Assembly (NCBI GenBank): GCA_039794085.1 | Contig: JBDIWC010000018.1 | Location: 1 to 64,000, forward strand | DNA: 64,000 nt | DNA from: Gemmatimonadales bacterium | GTDB taxonomy: Bacteria > Gemmatimonadota > Gemmatimonadetes > Gemmatimonadales > GWC2-71-9 | Reading direction: 5' to 3' | In this document: positions 53,488 to 61,760 of the stretch, piece after piece | How the letters are laid out: every line of letters begins with the position of its first letter | Position numbering within the stretch: position 1 is the first letter of the stretch | The notes under the pieces: model-generated | What the model was told of the DNA's origin: nothing | Databases searched by the model: none | Seen by the model: only the letters and a program-made list of their open reading frames with translations | Made by a program: the position numbers and the translations under genes

Positions 53488-53687
53488 ACTTTCAGCATAG
53501 TCTCTGAAGGGGTGAGCCGCAAGCTGCCGGCTCCGAGACCCCCTGGGTGTCACCCCCGCGCACGCCGCCGGAGTCCATTCCCTTCAATCCTCACCCGAGG
53601 AAAAGGTGTCCCCGCAAAGCGAGGTGTGGCTCGGATGCTCTCCGGGCGTCCCCCCTGCCAAGCTTGTCCCTGGAAAGGCGGGGAGAG

Positions 53688-54833
53688 TTAACGGCCGATC
53701 CGCCCGCGCACGATGTATGGGATACCGTCCCGGTCGCGTGCTGCCAGCCATACCACGTTATCCCGAGTGACCGGACGCACCCAGGAGATGATCGCATGCG
53801 GGATGCGCACTTCGGCGATCGCCTCGCCGCCGGCCGAATAGATCTCGAAGAGAGAGGTTTCGTCGGCGGTGCCGCGCCGGACCCAGAGACGAGTGTCATC
53901 ATCGACGAAGGCGCTCTGGATCACCGGTTTGACGGTCGGGATCCGGCTCCAGTCCGGGTCCGGTTCGTTCAGGGACGCCAGGAACTTGCGTATGCCTGCG
54001 ATCGCGGAATCGCGTTCCGCCGGGGTGACGGGGAAGGGGGTGGTCCCGCGGTGGATGCGCGCCCCCGTATCGTGCTGCTCGATGCCGAGCTTGAACAGCC
54101 GGTACTCGGCCCCGGTCGGCGCGCACCAGACGGCGCCGCTGGTCCAGTCGAAGGCGAGGACAGGTCCCGGATAGAAGGGAATATTCACGGAGTACCGGGC
54201 TCCACCGCGGCCACCTTCCAGGGGCTTCCAGTAGCTGCCGTCTCCGGTTGTCCACCCAGGAGGCCGGCACGCGGGGAGCGAGACCGTATCGATACGGCTC
54301 CAGTCCGGCTCTGCTCGCCGAAGGGTGCGTTTCGGCTCGTCGCCCTCTATGCGCCCGAAGACCTCGTCCCAGATTCGGCCGGTCCGGTCTATTCCTCCGG
54401 TCCAGACCCAGCCATAACCCTGGGCTGGAGCGATCTGCTGCGTGAGGAAGTCGCCCGTCTCGCTGAAAAGGGAGAATCGGCCGTTTTGCGGATCATGCAC
54501 CCAGACCACACCATCGGGCGCCAAAGCCATCCCGTCAGGCCAGAGAAACTCTCCGGGTCCCTGACCTCGCCGTCCGATTGTGCGCAGCGGTTTTCCGAGA
54601 GAGTCAAACACCCGAATGTTCTGGGTCGAAGCCTCCAGCGCCCAGATGTTGCCGCTCCGCGTGACGAGAACCCCTTTGAGATCGCTGAGTCCGTCGGGAT
54701 CGTCTGCGCCGCCCCCAATTCGGAAGTCCTCGACGAAGTGCCACTCCCCAAGGACAGCCGGGTCCGCAGGGGAGGTGCAGGCGGGGAAGGTGGCGAGGAT
54801 CGAAAGCAGTGCCAACTTGTTCGTGGTGGCCAT
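53688..54833 (-). CDS. 6-bladed beta-propeller (NHL-like) exported protein
   Basis: IRVFDSLGKPLRTIGRRGQGPGEF repeat motif; N-terminal signal ending in Cys. Confidence 0.82.
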   Translation of the reverse strand: MATTNKLALLSILATFPACTSPADPAVLGEWHFVEDFRIGGGADDPDGLSDLKGVLVTRSGNIWALEASTQNIRVFDSLGKPLRTIGRRGQGPGEFLWPDGMALAPDGVVWVHDPQNGRFSLFSETGDFLTQQIAPAQGYGWVWTGGIDRTGRIWDEVFGRIEGDEPKRTLRRAEPDWSRIDTVSLPACRPPGWTTGDGSYWKPLEGGRGGARYSVNIPFYPGPVLAFDWTSGAVWCAPTGAEYRLFKLGIEQHDTGARIHRGTTPFPVTPAERDSAIAGIRKFLASLNEPDPDWSRIPTVKPVIQSAFVDDDTRLWVRRGTADETSLFEIYSAGGEAIAEVRIPHAIISWVRPVTRDNVVWLAARDRDGIPYIVRGRIGR

Positions 54834-54902
54834 GGAACCTGCTGGATTTGGGGTTCCGCCAGTGCAGAGGGGTAGCCAAAGGATGGTCCCCTCAGGGGCA
54901 CA

Positions 54903-54975
54903 ACCGAACACCTCGGTGCCCACTATTCTGCAGGTCGATCACACCTTCCGCAAGATTACCCGGAACAGTGCCCGA
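54903..54975 (-). mobile_element. Third attI-like segment
   Basis: + strand TATwCTGCA-N14-TCCGCAAG..CCC.GAACA.TGC collinear with 58598-58648; minus-strand ACCGA-N3-GTTCGGT core. Confidence 0.5.
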
Positions 54976-55029
54976 ACTCCGCCACCACCCTGCGCGTCTC
55001 TCCAGCCCATCCCCCCGGACTCCGGGCTC

Positions 55030-55470
55030 TCAATCCCCTCGCTCGGTCGCTGCGCGATGCCAACGCTCCACGCGCAGGCCGTGAAAGGGCTCGAAGTCTC
55101 GAACGTTGTCCGTGACCAGGATGAGGCCATTGACCGCGGCGACAGCGGCGATCTGGCCGTCGGCGAACGCGGGTGTCTGTCCGGCCTTGGTGAGCCGGGC
55201 GCGCTGCGCAGCATGCCATTCCGCAGCGACCGCGTCATAAGGCAGGATCGGGAGTGCAGCGGAGACGACCTCGGCCAGGTATCGCTCAATCGCCGCGCGC
55301 TTTCGAGAGGGGCGGAGCAGCCCGACGCCGAAAGCCAGCTCGTGCCAGACGATGGAGGCTGTGGCGAGTTCACCGCCGCGCTCCCGCAGCTTGTTGACGA
55401 CCGCCTCGTCCGGCTCCTTGCGCACCGGCTCGGAGAGGACATTGGTGTCGACCAAATAGCGAGGCGTCAC
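55030..55470 (-). CDS. vapC: VapC (PIN) toxin
   Basis: YLVDTNVLSE, ELAFG, DGQIAAVA, LVTDNVRDF; GTGA overlap with the antitoxin. Confidence 0.92.
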   Translation of the reverse strand: MTPRYLVDTNVLSEPVRKEPDEAVVNKLRERGGELATASIVWHELAFGVGLLRPSRKRAAIERYLAEVVSAALPILPYDAVAAEWHAAQRARLTKAGQTPAFADGQIAAVAAVNGLILVTDNVRDFEPFHGLRVERWHRAATERGD

Positions 55471-55748
55471 CACCGAGGTTCCCGCCCGGTCCCGCGGTCA
55501 CGCAGATTCTCAAGCTCACCCTGATCGAGCTGAATCTCAGGCATCTCCACCTGCTCGAGGAGGGCGTCAAGCGCCACCCCGAATGAAGGGCGCCCGTGCG
55601 CCAACTGCTGGTAGCGCGCCGCCGAGACCAGGACTGCCACGGGTGTCCCCCACCGCGTGATCTGGACGGCCGCGCCCTCCTCGGCTTCCTTCACCAGACC
55701 GGGTAGCCTTGCCCGAGCTTCGGCGATCGATACGCTATGTTCCGCCAT
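55467..55748 (-). CDS. Phd/YefM-family antitoxin
   Basis: SIAEARARLPGLVKEAEEG..ITRWGTPVAVLVS; GGAGG SD. Confidence 0.9.
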   Translation of the reverse strand: MAEHSVSIAEARARLPGLVKEAEEGAAVQITRWGTPVAVLVSAARYQQLAHGRPSFGVALDALLEQVEMPEIQLDQGELENLRDRGTGREPRW

Positions 55749-55757
55749 GTTACCTCC

Positions 55758-55806
55758 ATGTACATCTTTATGTACATAGAATAGCATTACCGGTGCTCAC
55801 GCGCAA
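55758..55806 (-). promoter_or_regulatory. Sigma70-type promoter (TTGCGC-17-TATTCT) with tandem ATGTACAT operators
   Basis: ATGTACAT at 55758-55765 and 55770-55777; TGTACA is the known core of Phd/YefM operators. Confidence 0.8.
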
Positions 55807-55875
55807 GTCCTCGGATCCGCTTCCGGGCGGTAATGCCCTCCGGGCAGGGGTTCAGGACGCCTATCGCGTCCAGCC

Positions 55876-55978
55876 ACATAACGTCTCGCGTTTCGGTGGC
55901 GCGACAAGGGTGTCCCCCGAGCGCCGCCGGCGCGAGCCCACTCGCTCAGATCGCGGCAACAGCACACGCATGTTGGGC
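55876..55978 (-). mobile_element. Integron attC site
   Basis: Minus strand GCCCAAC atgcgtgtgctg ... ccgaaacgcgagac GTTATGT. Confidence 0.75.
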
Positions 55979-56007
55979 AGCACCGTTGTCGGGAATCGAG
56001 CGAACGG

Positions 56008-56508
56008 TCAATGACCGCCACGTCGTGGGATGTAGCTCCCGTTCTCATCGAATGGCTGCGCATCACGGTGGAACCTGATCTGGCGCCACCACTCGCGTCT
56101 CGTCGCAGCACGGTCGTGAAGCGGACGGAGACTCGCTCCGGCTCCTCGCCTTTCAGCTGGAACTCTCCGGTGAAGAAGCCCCAGGCAAGCCCCACTCCGA
56201 TGTCCACGGATGACTCAATCTCATCAATCGTGATTCGGTAGTACTCGACAGCAGCCAGAAAGCGGTTGATGATCTTCAGCTCCTCGGCTCTCGACTGAAA
56301 CGCCCGATGAGGCTTGGTCCGCTGCCACCACGGTGGCGGCGACCGCCCCGCTGGGGCGCGCGGCGTACAGCGCCTGTTGGGCAGCGCTCATCCGTGCAAC
56401 ATCTTCGGGCGTGGCGGTCACGTCGCTCAGATAGGCAAGGCAGCCGAGCAGATTCCAAAGGAGGGCCACGATGGTAACCGGCAGGTACCACCGCGGCACT
56501 GTCTCCAC
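56008..56508 (-). pseudogene. Chimeric remnant: 5' part of a membrane protein joined to the frameshifted 3' part of a SnoaL/NTF2-like gene
   Basis: VETVPRWYLPVTIVALLWNLLG.. breaks near 56330; another frame reads ..GLAWGFFTGEF..VRFTTVLRRDASG/WRQIRFHRD with 1 nt missing near 56088. Confidence 0.65.
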
Positions 56509-56629
56509 AGCCCACTCCTTCGTTCCGGTGATGGCACCCGAGCCGCTCCACTCCGCCGATCGCAGCACCGCTCATCGAGCGCAACCCCCGAACGGGCGTG
56601 AACCATTCGATTGCCCCACACGATCTCCA

Positions 56630-57367
56630 TCAGCGTCCTCGAATGAGAAACAACAGCCCTGCCGCCGTCATCGTCAACTCGATGAGGAACACGAACACAT
56701 GTTCCGGAAGCCGATCGACGATCCGCTTCCCTGTCCAAGACCCGACAATCATTAGTGGACCGATTGCGAGACCCGCAAGAATGCTCTCCATCGGGAGCAC
56801 GGCCGCGCCGCGGTAGGCGACAAGCTTCGTAACGTGCATCACGACTGTGGAGAGCGCCTCGGTGCCGATATATGCACACTTCACCAACCCGTAGGCGAGG
56901 AAGAACGGTGCCATGAGCGGTCCCACGCTTCCCAACAGCGCCGAGAGGAAGCTTCCGCCGGCCCCGATGAGCGCGAATGATCGCAGGGTGGGTCGTACGG
57001 TCGTTCGGGGTCCCAGCCTCCGCCAAGCCACGATGAGCAAGAGAAAAAGGCCAAGCAGGCGCGTCAGACCCTCAAGTGGTGCCCGTGCAAAGAGCAGACC
57101 GCCAAGCAGTGCCAGGGGAACGCCGCCCACTGCAAACCAGCCCACCACTCGATAGTCAAGCTCGTGCCGGTTGAACCATACGCGGCTGGCGTTACCGGTG
57201 AGTTGCGCGACTGTCAGTATCGGCACCGCGTCGCGTACGCCGAAGGCGATGACAAGCACGGGGAGCAGCACGACCGCCTCACCGAAGCCTGTCACTGCGG
57301 CGAGCGTGGACGCAAGCAGGGCAACGGCGCCGACAAGTAGTGAAGCTCCGAGGTCAATATGCGGCAT
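56630..57367 (-). CDS. Sulfite exporter TauE/SafE family protein (cassette)
   Basis: AVTGFG, GSVGPL, multiple TM; the ATG lies within the attC R' (GTTATGC). Confidence 0.88.
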   Translation of the reverse strand: MPHIDLGASLLVGAVALLASTLAAVTGFGEAVVLLPVLVIAFGVRDAVPILTVAQLTGNASRVWFNRHELDYRVVGWFAVGGVPLALLGGLLFARAPLEGLTRLLGLFLLLIVAWRRLGPRTTVRPTLRSFALIGAGGSFLSALLGSVGPLMAPFFLAYGLVKCAYIGTEALSTVVMHVTKLVAYRGAAVLPMESILAGLAIGPLMIVGSWTGKRIVDRLPEHVFVFLIELTMTAAGLLFLIRGR

Positions 57368-57439
57368 AACCGCGTATGAGTTCAGCGGCAACACAGGCGC
57401 GAATGCGCCTGTGTTGTCATCTGCAATGAGGGGTTAGGC
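57364..57439 (-). mobile_element. Integron attC site
   Basis: GCCTAAC ccctcattgcag..caacacaggcgcattcgcgcctgtgttg..ctgaactcatacgcg GTTATGC. Confidence 0.9.
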
Positions 57440-57487
57440 GGTCAGTCACGAATGCAGGTGGGAAGAAGAGTTGGCCACATGCTCGTG

Positions 57488-57934
57488 TCACACACCAAAC
57501 TGTACGAGGTGGTGGTCGAGGTGCTTCCAGCAAAGCTGCCCCCACTCCTGCGGTGAGAGCGGGCCGAAGGTGGGGTGTACAGCACTGGCGGTGCCGCGGC
57601 CGACGCGCTCAGTGAGTTCAATGCACGCCGAGAGGTCGGCGTCCCAATCCGTTGGTTGCGAGACCAGCATCTCCGGTGCGGTCATGATCTTGCCACGAGG
57701 AGGCCTGATGCCCGTGTTGACCACGAGGAACTTGAGGAAGGTGCGTGAAGCCAGCGTGTGAGCCGGTGCTGTCGGAACGTCGCCCAGCGCAACGCGCAGT
57801 TGATCCGCGACGTGGCAGAGCATGCGTGGTGCGTTGAGGGTGCCCCACGCCGCCTGTGCGTCAGGAGTGAGACGTCGCAGTCGCTCGAGGATGAGTGCGC
57901 GGTCTTCTTCTGCCAACAGGGTGCGGAGTGCCAC
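57488..57934 (-). CDS. DinB-like / DUF1569 protein (cassette)
   Basis: RLTPDAQAAWG..MLCH..HPTFGPLS..W..KHLDHHLVQFGV. Confidence 0.88.
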   Translation of the reverse strand: MALRTLLAEEDRALILERLRRLTPDAQAAWGTLNAPRMLCHVADQLRVALGDVPTAPAHTLASRTFLKFLVVNTGIRPPRGKIMTAPEMLVSQPTDWDADLSACIELTERVGRGTASAVHPTFGPLSPQEWGQLCWKHLDHHLVQFGV

Positions 57935-57950
57935 GAGGTTCTCCCTGGAC

Positions 57951-58010
57951 GCCTAGCTTTCCGATTCATCGGCGGCGCGTAGCGTCGTCCGCTGCAACAG
58001 GTTGTTAGCT
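57951..58010 (-). mobile_element. Integron attC site (R' reads GCTAGGC)
   Basis: AGCTAAC aacctgttgcagcggacgacgctacgcgccgccgatgaatcggaaa GCTAGGC. Confidence 0.88.
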
Positions 58011-58021
58011 GGCCGTTCCCT

Positions 58022-58504
58022 TCATTTGCCGGCCACGACGATATCAGCCTTAGTCGAACCAACGATGTCAAGAAGCTCCTGAGTCTCCTTCGCTGGGACG
58101 CGATGCTTCGCGAGCACCTCTTTGAAGATGGTCACCATCCGCTCCCACTCCCGTTCCGCGATGTTCAAGTGGGTGTGAGCCTCCTTCATCCCGCGACCCT
58201 GGTACTGGCAAGGGCCGCCAGTGGCTTGGCACACCATGGCCGTCACGTGGTACTTCAGATAGGGCGCTGGCACACGCTTCCTCGTGGCATCGATCGCAGG
58301 ATTCGCATTGAGGACGGCGTCCGGCACAAGGGCATCGATAAAATCGCTCACCACGACCGAAAGCGGCGCAAGGCCACCAAGCCGGTCGTAGAGGGATTGC
58401 TGTTTCTGCCCTGGCTGGCCCTGCGCGAGTGCCGAGTGGAACCCTCCTACCACAAGGGCGACGACTACAAGACCCATCCAGGGTTTCGTGCTGCGCGTGA
58501 ACAT
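58022..58504 (-). CDS. Group I truncated hemoglobin with a signal peptide (first cassette)
   Basis: SLYDRLGG, ATGGPCQYQGRGMKEAH.LNI; AAGGAGG SD. Confidence 0.9.
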   Translation of the reverse strand: MFTRSTKPWMGLVVVALVVGGFHSALAQGQPGQKQQSLYDRLGGLAPLSVVVSDFIDALVPDAVLNANPAIDATRKRVPAPYLKYHVTAMVCQATGGPCQYQGRGMKEAHTHLNIAEREWERMVTIFKEVLAKHRVPAKETQELLDIVGSTKADIVVAGK

Positions 58505-58574
58505 AGTTGACCTCCTTCTGCCTGTCGGGGGTGTGTCGCCCCCCGTGGCTTCGTTGTCACGTGGCCCCGCCGCA

Positions 58575-58650
58575 GGCCAGCTGAGTTATCGGTTTCAAGT
58601 ATACTGCACCAGAATTGCGCCATCCGCAAGGTAATCCCAGAACACTGCGG
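58575..58650 (-). mobile_element. attI-like region and first-cassette boundary
   Basis: Cassette start CTCAGCTGGCC mirrors its attC end GGCCAGCTAAC (8-bp match); motifs shared with 35256-35320 and 54903-54975. Confidence 0.6.
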
Positions 58651-58677
58651 GGGGGGCATGATCCCCCGGAACCTTCA

Positions 58678-58773
58678 TCACATACCCCCCAGAGCGTCTG
58701 CAGGGCTCCGAACCCCCCGGCCCCCCCGGTTCAGCACGTGCGTGTAGATCATCGTGGTCCGGACATCCGAGTA
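58678..58773 (-). pseudogene. intI: Integron integrase C-terminal stub 1
   Basis: YSDVRTTMIYTHVLNRGGRGVRSPADALGGM*, the characteristic IntI C-terminus; no integrase sequence recognisable upstream. Confidence 0.92.
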
Positions 58774-59057
58774 CCGCCGCAGTGGCGGGTCCCCGCTCTG
58801 GATTACCTCCTCTCTCCTCGGGCGCCCTGGAACCGCCTCAATCCCGGAGGCGAGGATCAGGTGCTCTCTGGGCGTCACCCCGGCGGCGGACGCCGGGGTC
58901 CATCTGCCAGCGCGCGCGTGGCGCGACTTATCGATTCTCCAGTCCTCGCCTCCGCATGCCAGCGTAGCCAGCGCGGGGAACCACCGTGTTGAGAGAACCG
59001 GAAACGGTCTGCTGTTCTGCAGCGGTGCGACCGAGGGAACCGCGAGCCAAAATGGTT

Positions 59058-59504
59058 TCAGTCGCCTTCGTCATAGTAGATGTCGGTGGAGGTCGGGAGC
59101 CTAGCCATGCACTCCTGGAATTGTGGCGTGGCCTCGACGACCGCGGCCCACTCTTCAAGCGCGGGAAAATCGTAGGTCCAGACCTCGAGCGGGCCCAATT
59201 CCTGGAACTGCGCGATGGGATAACAGAGCTCCATCACAATACGACCCACAAGCGTATCTTCGCCATCCCAATCGGCTTGCTCGCTGAACTGGCGCACCAG
59301 CAGGAGGGAGCCTTCGTCCCCGGCGAGTACGTTGTTCGGGAAGGCACCCCACTGGACCGACGCCGAGTCATGGCTCCCCTCCACTTCGCGATGGAGGAAA
59401 GCCTTGAAAACTCGCCAAGATTGCCACGGGTCCAAGTGCGACCGGTCAAGGCCCGCCGCTTCAACCATGCGCAACAGTTCGGGATATGCTCTTGAGTCGC
59501 GCAT
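59058..59504 (-). CDS. Hypothetical protein
   Basis: AAGGAG SD, globular-protein composition, LVRQF motif. Confidence 0.7.
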   Translation of the reverse strand: MRDSRAYPELLRMVEAAGLDRSHLDPWQSWRVFKAFLHREVEGSHDSASVQWGAFPNNVLAGDEGSLLLVRQFSEQADWDGEDTLVGRIVMELCYPIAQFQELGPLEVWTYDFPALEEWAAVVEATPQFQECMARLPTSTDIYYDEGD

Positions 59505-59568
59505 GGTCTCCTTGCTGGATGACGGCCAAGGGGAGGGGCCTCGTCCTGGAAGTTGGGGATCCTTCTCC

Positions 59569-59596
59569 TGTCCTATGTCCTATGTCCTACGTCCTA
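59569..59596. repeat. (TGTCCTA)n array containing the DUF72 stop codon
   Basis: tgtcctatgtcctatgtcctacgtccta. Confidence 0.9.
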
Positions 59597-60544
59597 CCCC
59601 TCCTCCGCCAACGTCCGCGTCACCGCCGCGATGGTCCTTGGAGCGCTCCCTTCGGCCCGGTTGTTGACCAGGATCCAGGCGGGGATGCGGAGTTCTCTCG
59701 CCGTCCGCGCCAGCCGGACCAGATCGCGCCGGAGCGCCGGCTGGGGCTCCCGGATCGTGTCATAGGGCGCAAACGCGTCCACCGCCTCATTGTAGGTGCG
59801 CCCCGGACGGAGCAACGCCCGGGCAATGACGAACCCGGCGGTGATCACATCGGGGAGGTCGAGCTGTGCCCCGATCGGCGGCATCCGGGTCCAGGAGTTG
59901 ACCAGGTGGGCCACGCCATGCTCCCGCAGCACGGCGAAGTAGGCCGGATGCAGGAACTCCGGGTTCCGGATCTCCACCGCGTAGGCCACGTCATGCGGAA
60001 TGTGGCTGAAGAAGTGGTCGAGGCGCCCGGCAAACCGCTCAGGCGTCATGCCGTCATCCGCGATCTGCTGGAACTCGAAGATGAACACCGCCTGATGGTC
60101 CCGGAAATGGGCCATCGCCGGACCGTGAACATCCTCCAGAAACCGCTCGACCGAGAGAAAATCGGGATTGGGCTCCCCCTTCGGTTCGTGGCTCCCCCCC
60201 CGTTTGCCGCTCCAGGTGTGCACCGTGACCCTGTCCCACACCTTGCTGATGCAGGGGAACCCGGGAGGGAGGTGCTTCGCGTAGGAGGTGAAGGTCGCCG
60301 TCGAGGGAGGGCGGTAGAAGGTCGAGTCGATGCCAACCGTGGTGAAGAGGGGGAAACGGGCGTACTCGTCGAGCAACAGAGCAGCGGCGCTGCGCGTGGG
60401 ATAGGGCCGGTGATAGACCAGGCCCTCCCATCCCGGATAGGTCCACGACGAGGTGCCGAAACGGATGGAGTCCGGAATGGCCGCTCTCCAGGCGGCCAGT
60501 TGAGCGAGGTCGAGCGGCCCCCGGGCCAGATCGGACTCGGTCAC
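59594..60544 (-). CDS. DUF72 domain protein
   Basis: FGTSSWTYPGW, VGIDSTFYRPP, YAVEIRN, VNNRAEGSAP. Confidence 0.9.
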   Translation of the reverse strand: MTESDLARGPLDLAQLAAWRAAIPDSIRFGTSSWTYPGWEGLVYHRPYPTRSAAALLLDEYARFPLFTTVGIDSTFYRPPSTATFTSYAKHLPPGFPCISKVWDRVTVHTWSGKRGGSHEPKGEPNPDFLSVERFLEDVHGPAMAHFRDHQAVFIFEFQQIADDGMTPERFAGRLDHFFSHIPHDVAYAVEIRNPEFLHPAYFAVLREHGVAHLVNSWTRMPPIGAQLDLPDVITAGFVIARALLRPGRTYNEAVDAFAPYDTIREPQPALRRDLVRLARTARELRIPAWILVNNRAEGSAPRTIAAVTRTLAEEG

Positions 60545-61743
60545 GGGGCTCTGACCATGCGGAACAGTTGGCCGCTCCCTCCGCTCACCACCAGCAGATG
60601 CAGCTCTCCAGCGGCATCGAGACCGAAGCTGGTGAGGTTGCCGGGCACGTCGAGGTCGGAACGGTCCCGAATCTCGACCGCCCCCCCTCCGCTCCCCTGC
60701 AGGCGAAAGCTCCGGACCTGGCCGGTGCAGAAGTCTCCGTAGAAATAGACTCCGACCTCCTCTGGGAGCGCGCTTCCGCGATACACGTGCCCGCCGGTGA
60801 CGGAACAGCCGCGGGAGTGGTCGTACTCCAGCACCGGCTCCACGAGTCCTGCCCGGTTGCAGTTGGTCGAGGGGCTGAAACAGAGCGTCCCCTCCATCAC
60901 GTTCCAGCCGTAGTTGGCCCCCCGGCCCCCGCCGTCTGCTGCCCGGGCCACGTTGATCTCCTCCCGCCGGTTCTGCCCCACGTCGGCGATGTAGAGATCG
61001 CCGGTGCCGCGATCAAAGCTGAAGCGCCACGGATTGCGGAGGCCGATGGCCCAGATCTCGGGCCGGCCACCGGCTTGTCCCGCGAAGGGGTTGCCGGGCG
61101 CGGGCTGCATGGTGCCGGTGGAGGGATCCACGGCGAGTCGCAGCAACGCACCCAGGAGGGTCTCGGCCCGTTGGCCGTTGTTCTCGGGGTCCCCCGCGCC
61201 ACCGCCATCTCCGAGGCCCGCATAGAGGAAGCCGTCGGGCCCGAAGGCCAGGTCGCCCCCGTTGTGATTGCTGAACGGTTGATTCACCGTGAGGCCCACC
61301 ACCTCGGTGGCGGGATCGGCGCGATCGGGGTCGGCGACGGAGACCCGCATGGTGGAGAGCACGGTGCGGCCCGTGGGATCGGTATAATCGAGAACGAAGA
61401 GCCCGTTGGTCGCAAACTCCGGATGGAAGGCGAGGCCGAGGAGTCCGCGCTCCCCCGCGGTGGACACCGACGCGCGGTGGTCCAGAAAGAGTGTGGAGAG
61501 GAGCGTTCCGTTCCGGACGATGCGGATGCGCCCGTCCTTCTCGACCACGAAGAGACGGGGATCGCCGGGCGGGCTCACCAGGCCGAGGGGGAAGTCCAGG
61601 CCCCCGGTGACAAGCTCGATCGTGAGTTGGGGTGGGGGTTCCGGAGGTGGAGGGAACGGTGGTGTCGGGCCCGGATTTCCGTCCTCACCCCCGCCACAGG
61701 CGGTGACCCAGATCAGGAAGGAGAAACCGAGTGTGATCCGCAT
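60541..61743 (-). CDS. PQQ-dependent sugar dehydrogenase (glucose/sorbosone family) lipoprotein
   Basis: Lipobox VTAC; ERGLLGLAFHP, NHNGGDLAFGPDG, GLRNPWRFSFD, NYGW. Confidence 0.9.
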   Translation of the reverse strand: MRITLGFSFLIWVTACGGGEDGNPGPTPPFPPPPEPPPQLTIELVTGGLDFPLGLVSPPGDPRLFVVEKDGRIRIVRNGTLLSTLFLDHRASVSTAGERGLLGLAFHPEFATNGLFVLDYTDPTGRTVLSTMRVSVADPDRADPATEVVGLTVNQPFSNHNGGDLAFGPDGFLYAGLGDGGGAGDPENNGQRAETLLGALLRLAVDPSTGTMQPAPGNPFAGQAGGRPEIWAIGLRNPWRFSFDRGTGDLYIADVGQNRREEINVARAADGGGRGANYGWNVMEGTLCFSPSTNCNRAGLVEPVLEYDHSRGCSVTGGHVYRGSALPEEVGVYFYGDFCTGQVRSFRLQGSGGGAVEIRDRSDLDVPGNLTSFGLDAAGELHLLVVSGGSGQLFRMVRAP

Positions 61744-61760
61744 CGACACTCTCGCGCAGG

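Noticed and set aside
56520..56630. attC after tauE
   Set aside because: A GTTCGGG occurs on the minus strand but there is no RYYYAAC partner or convincing palindrome
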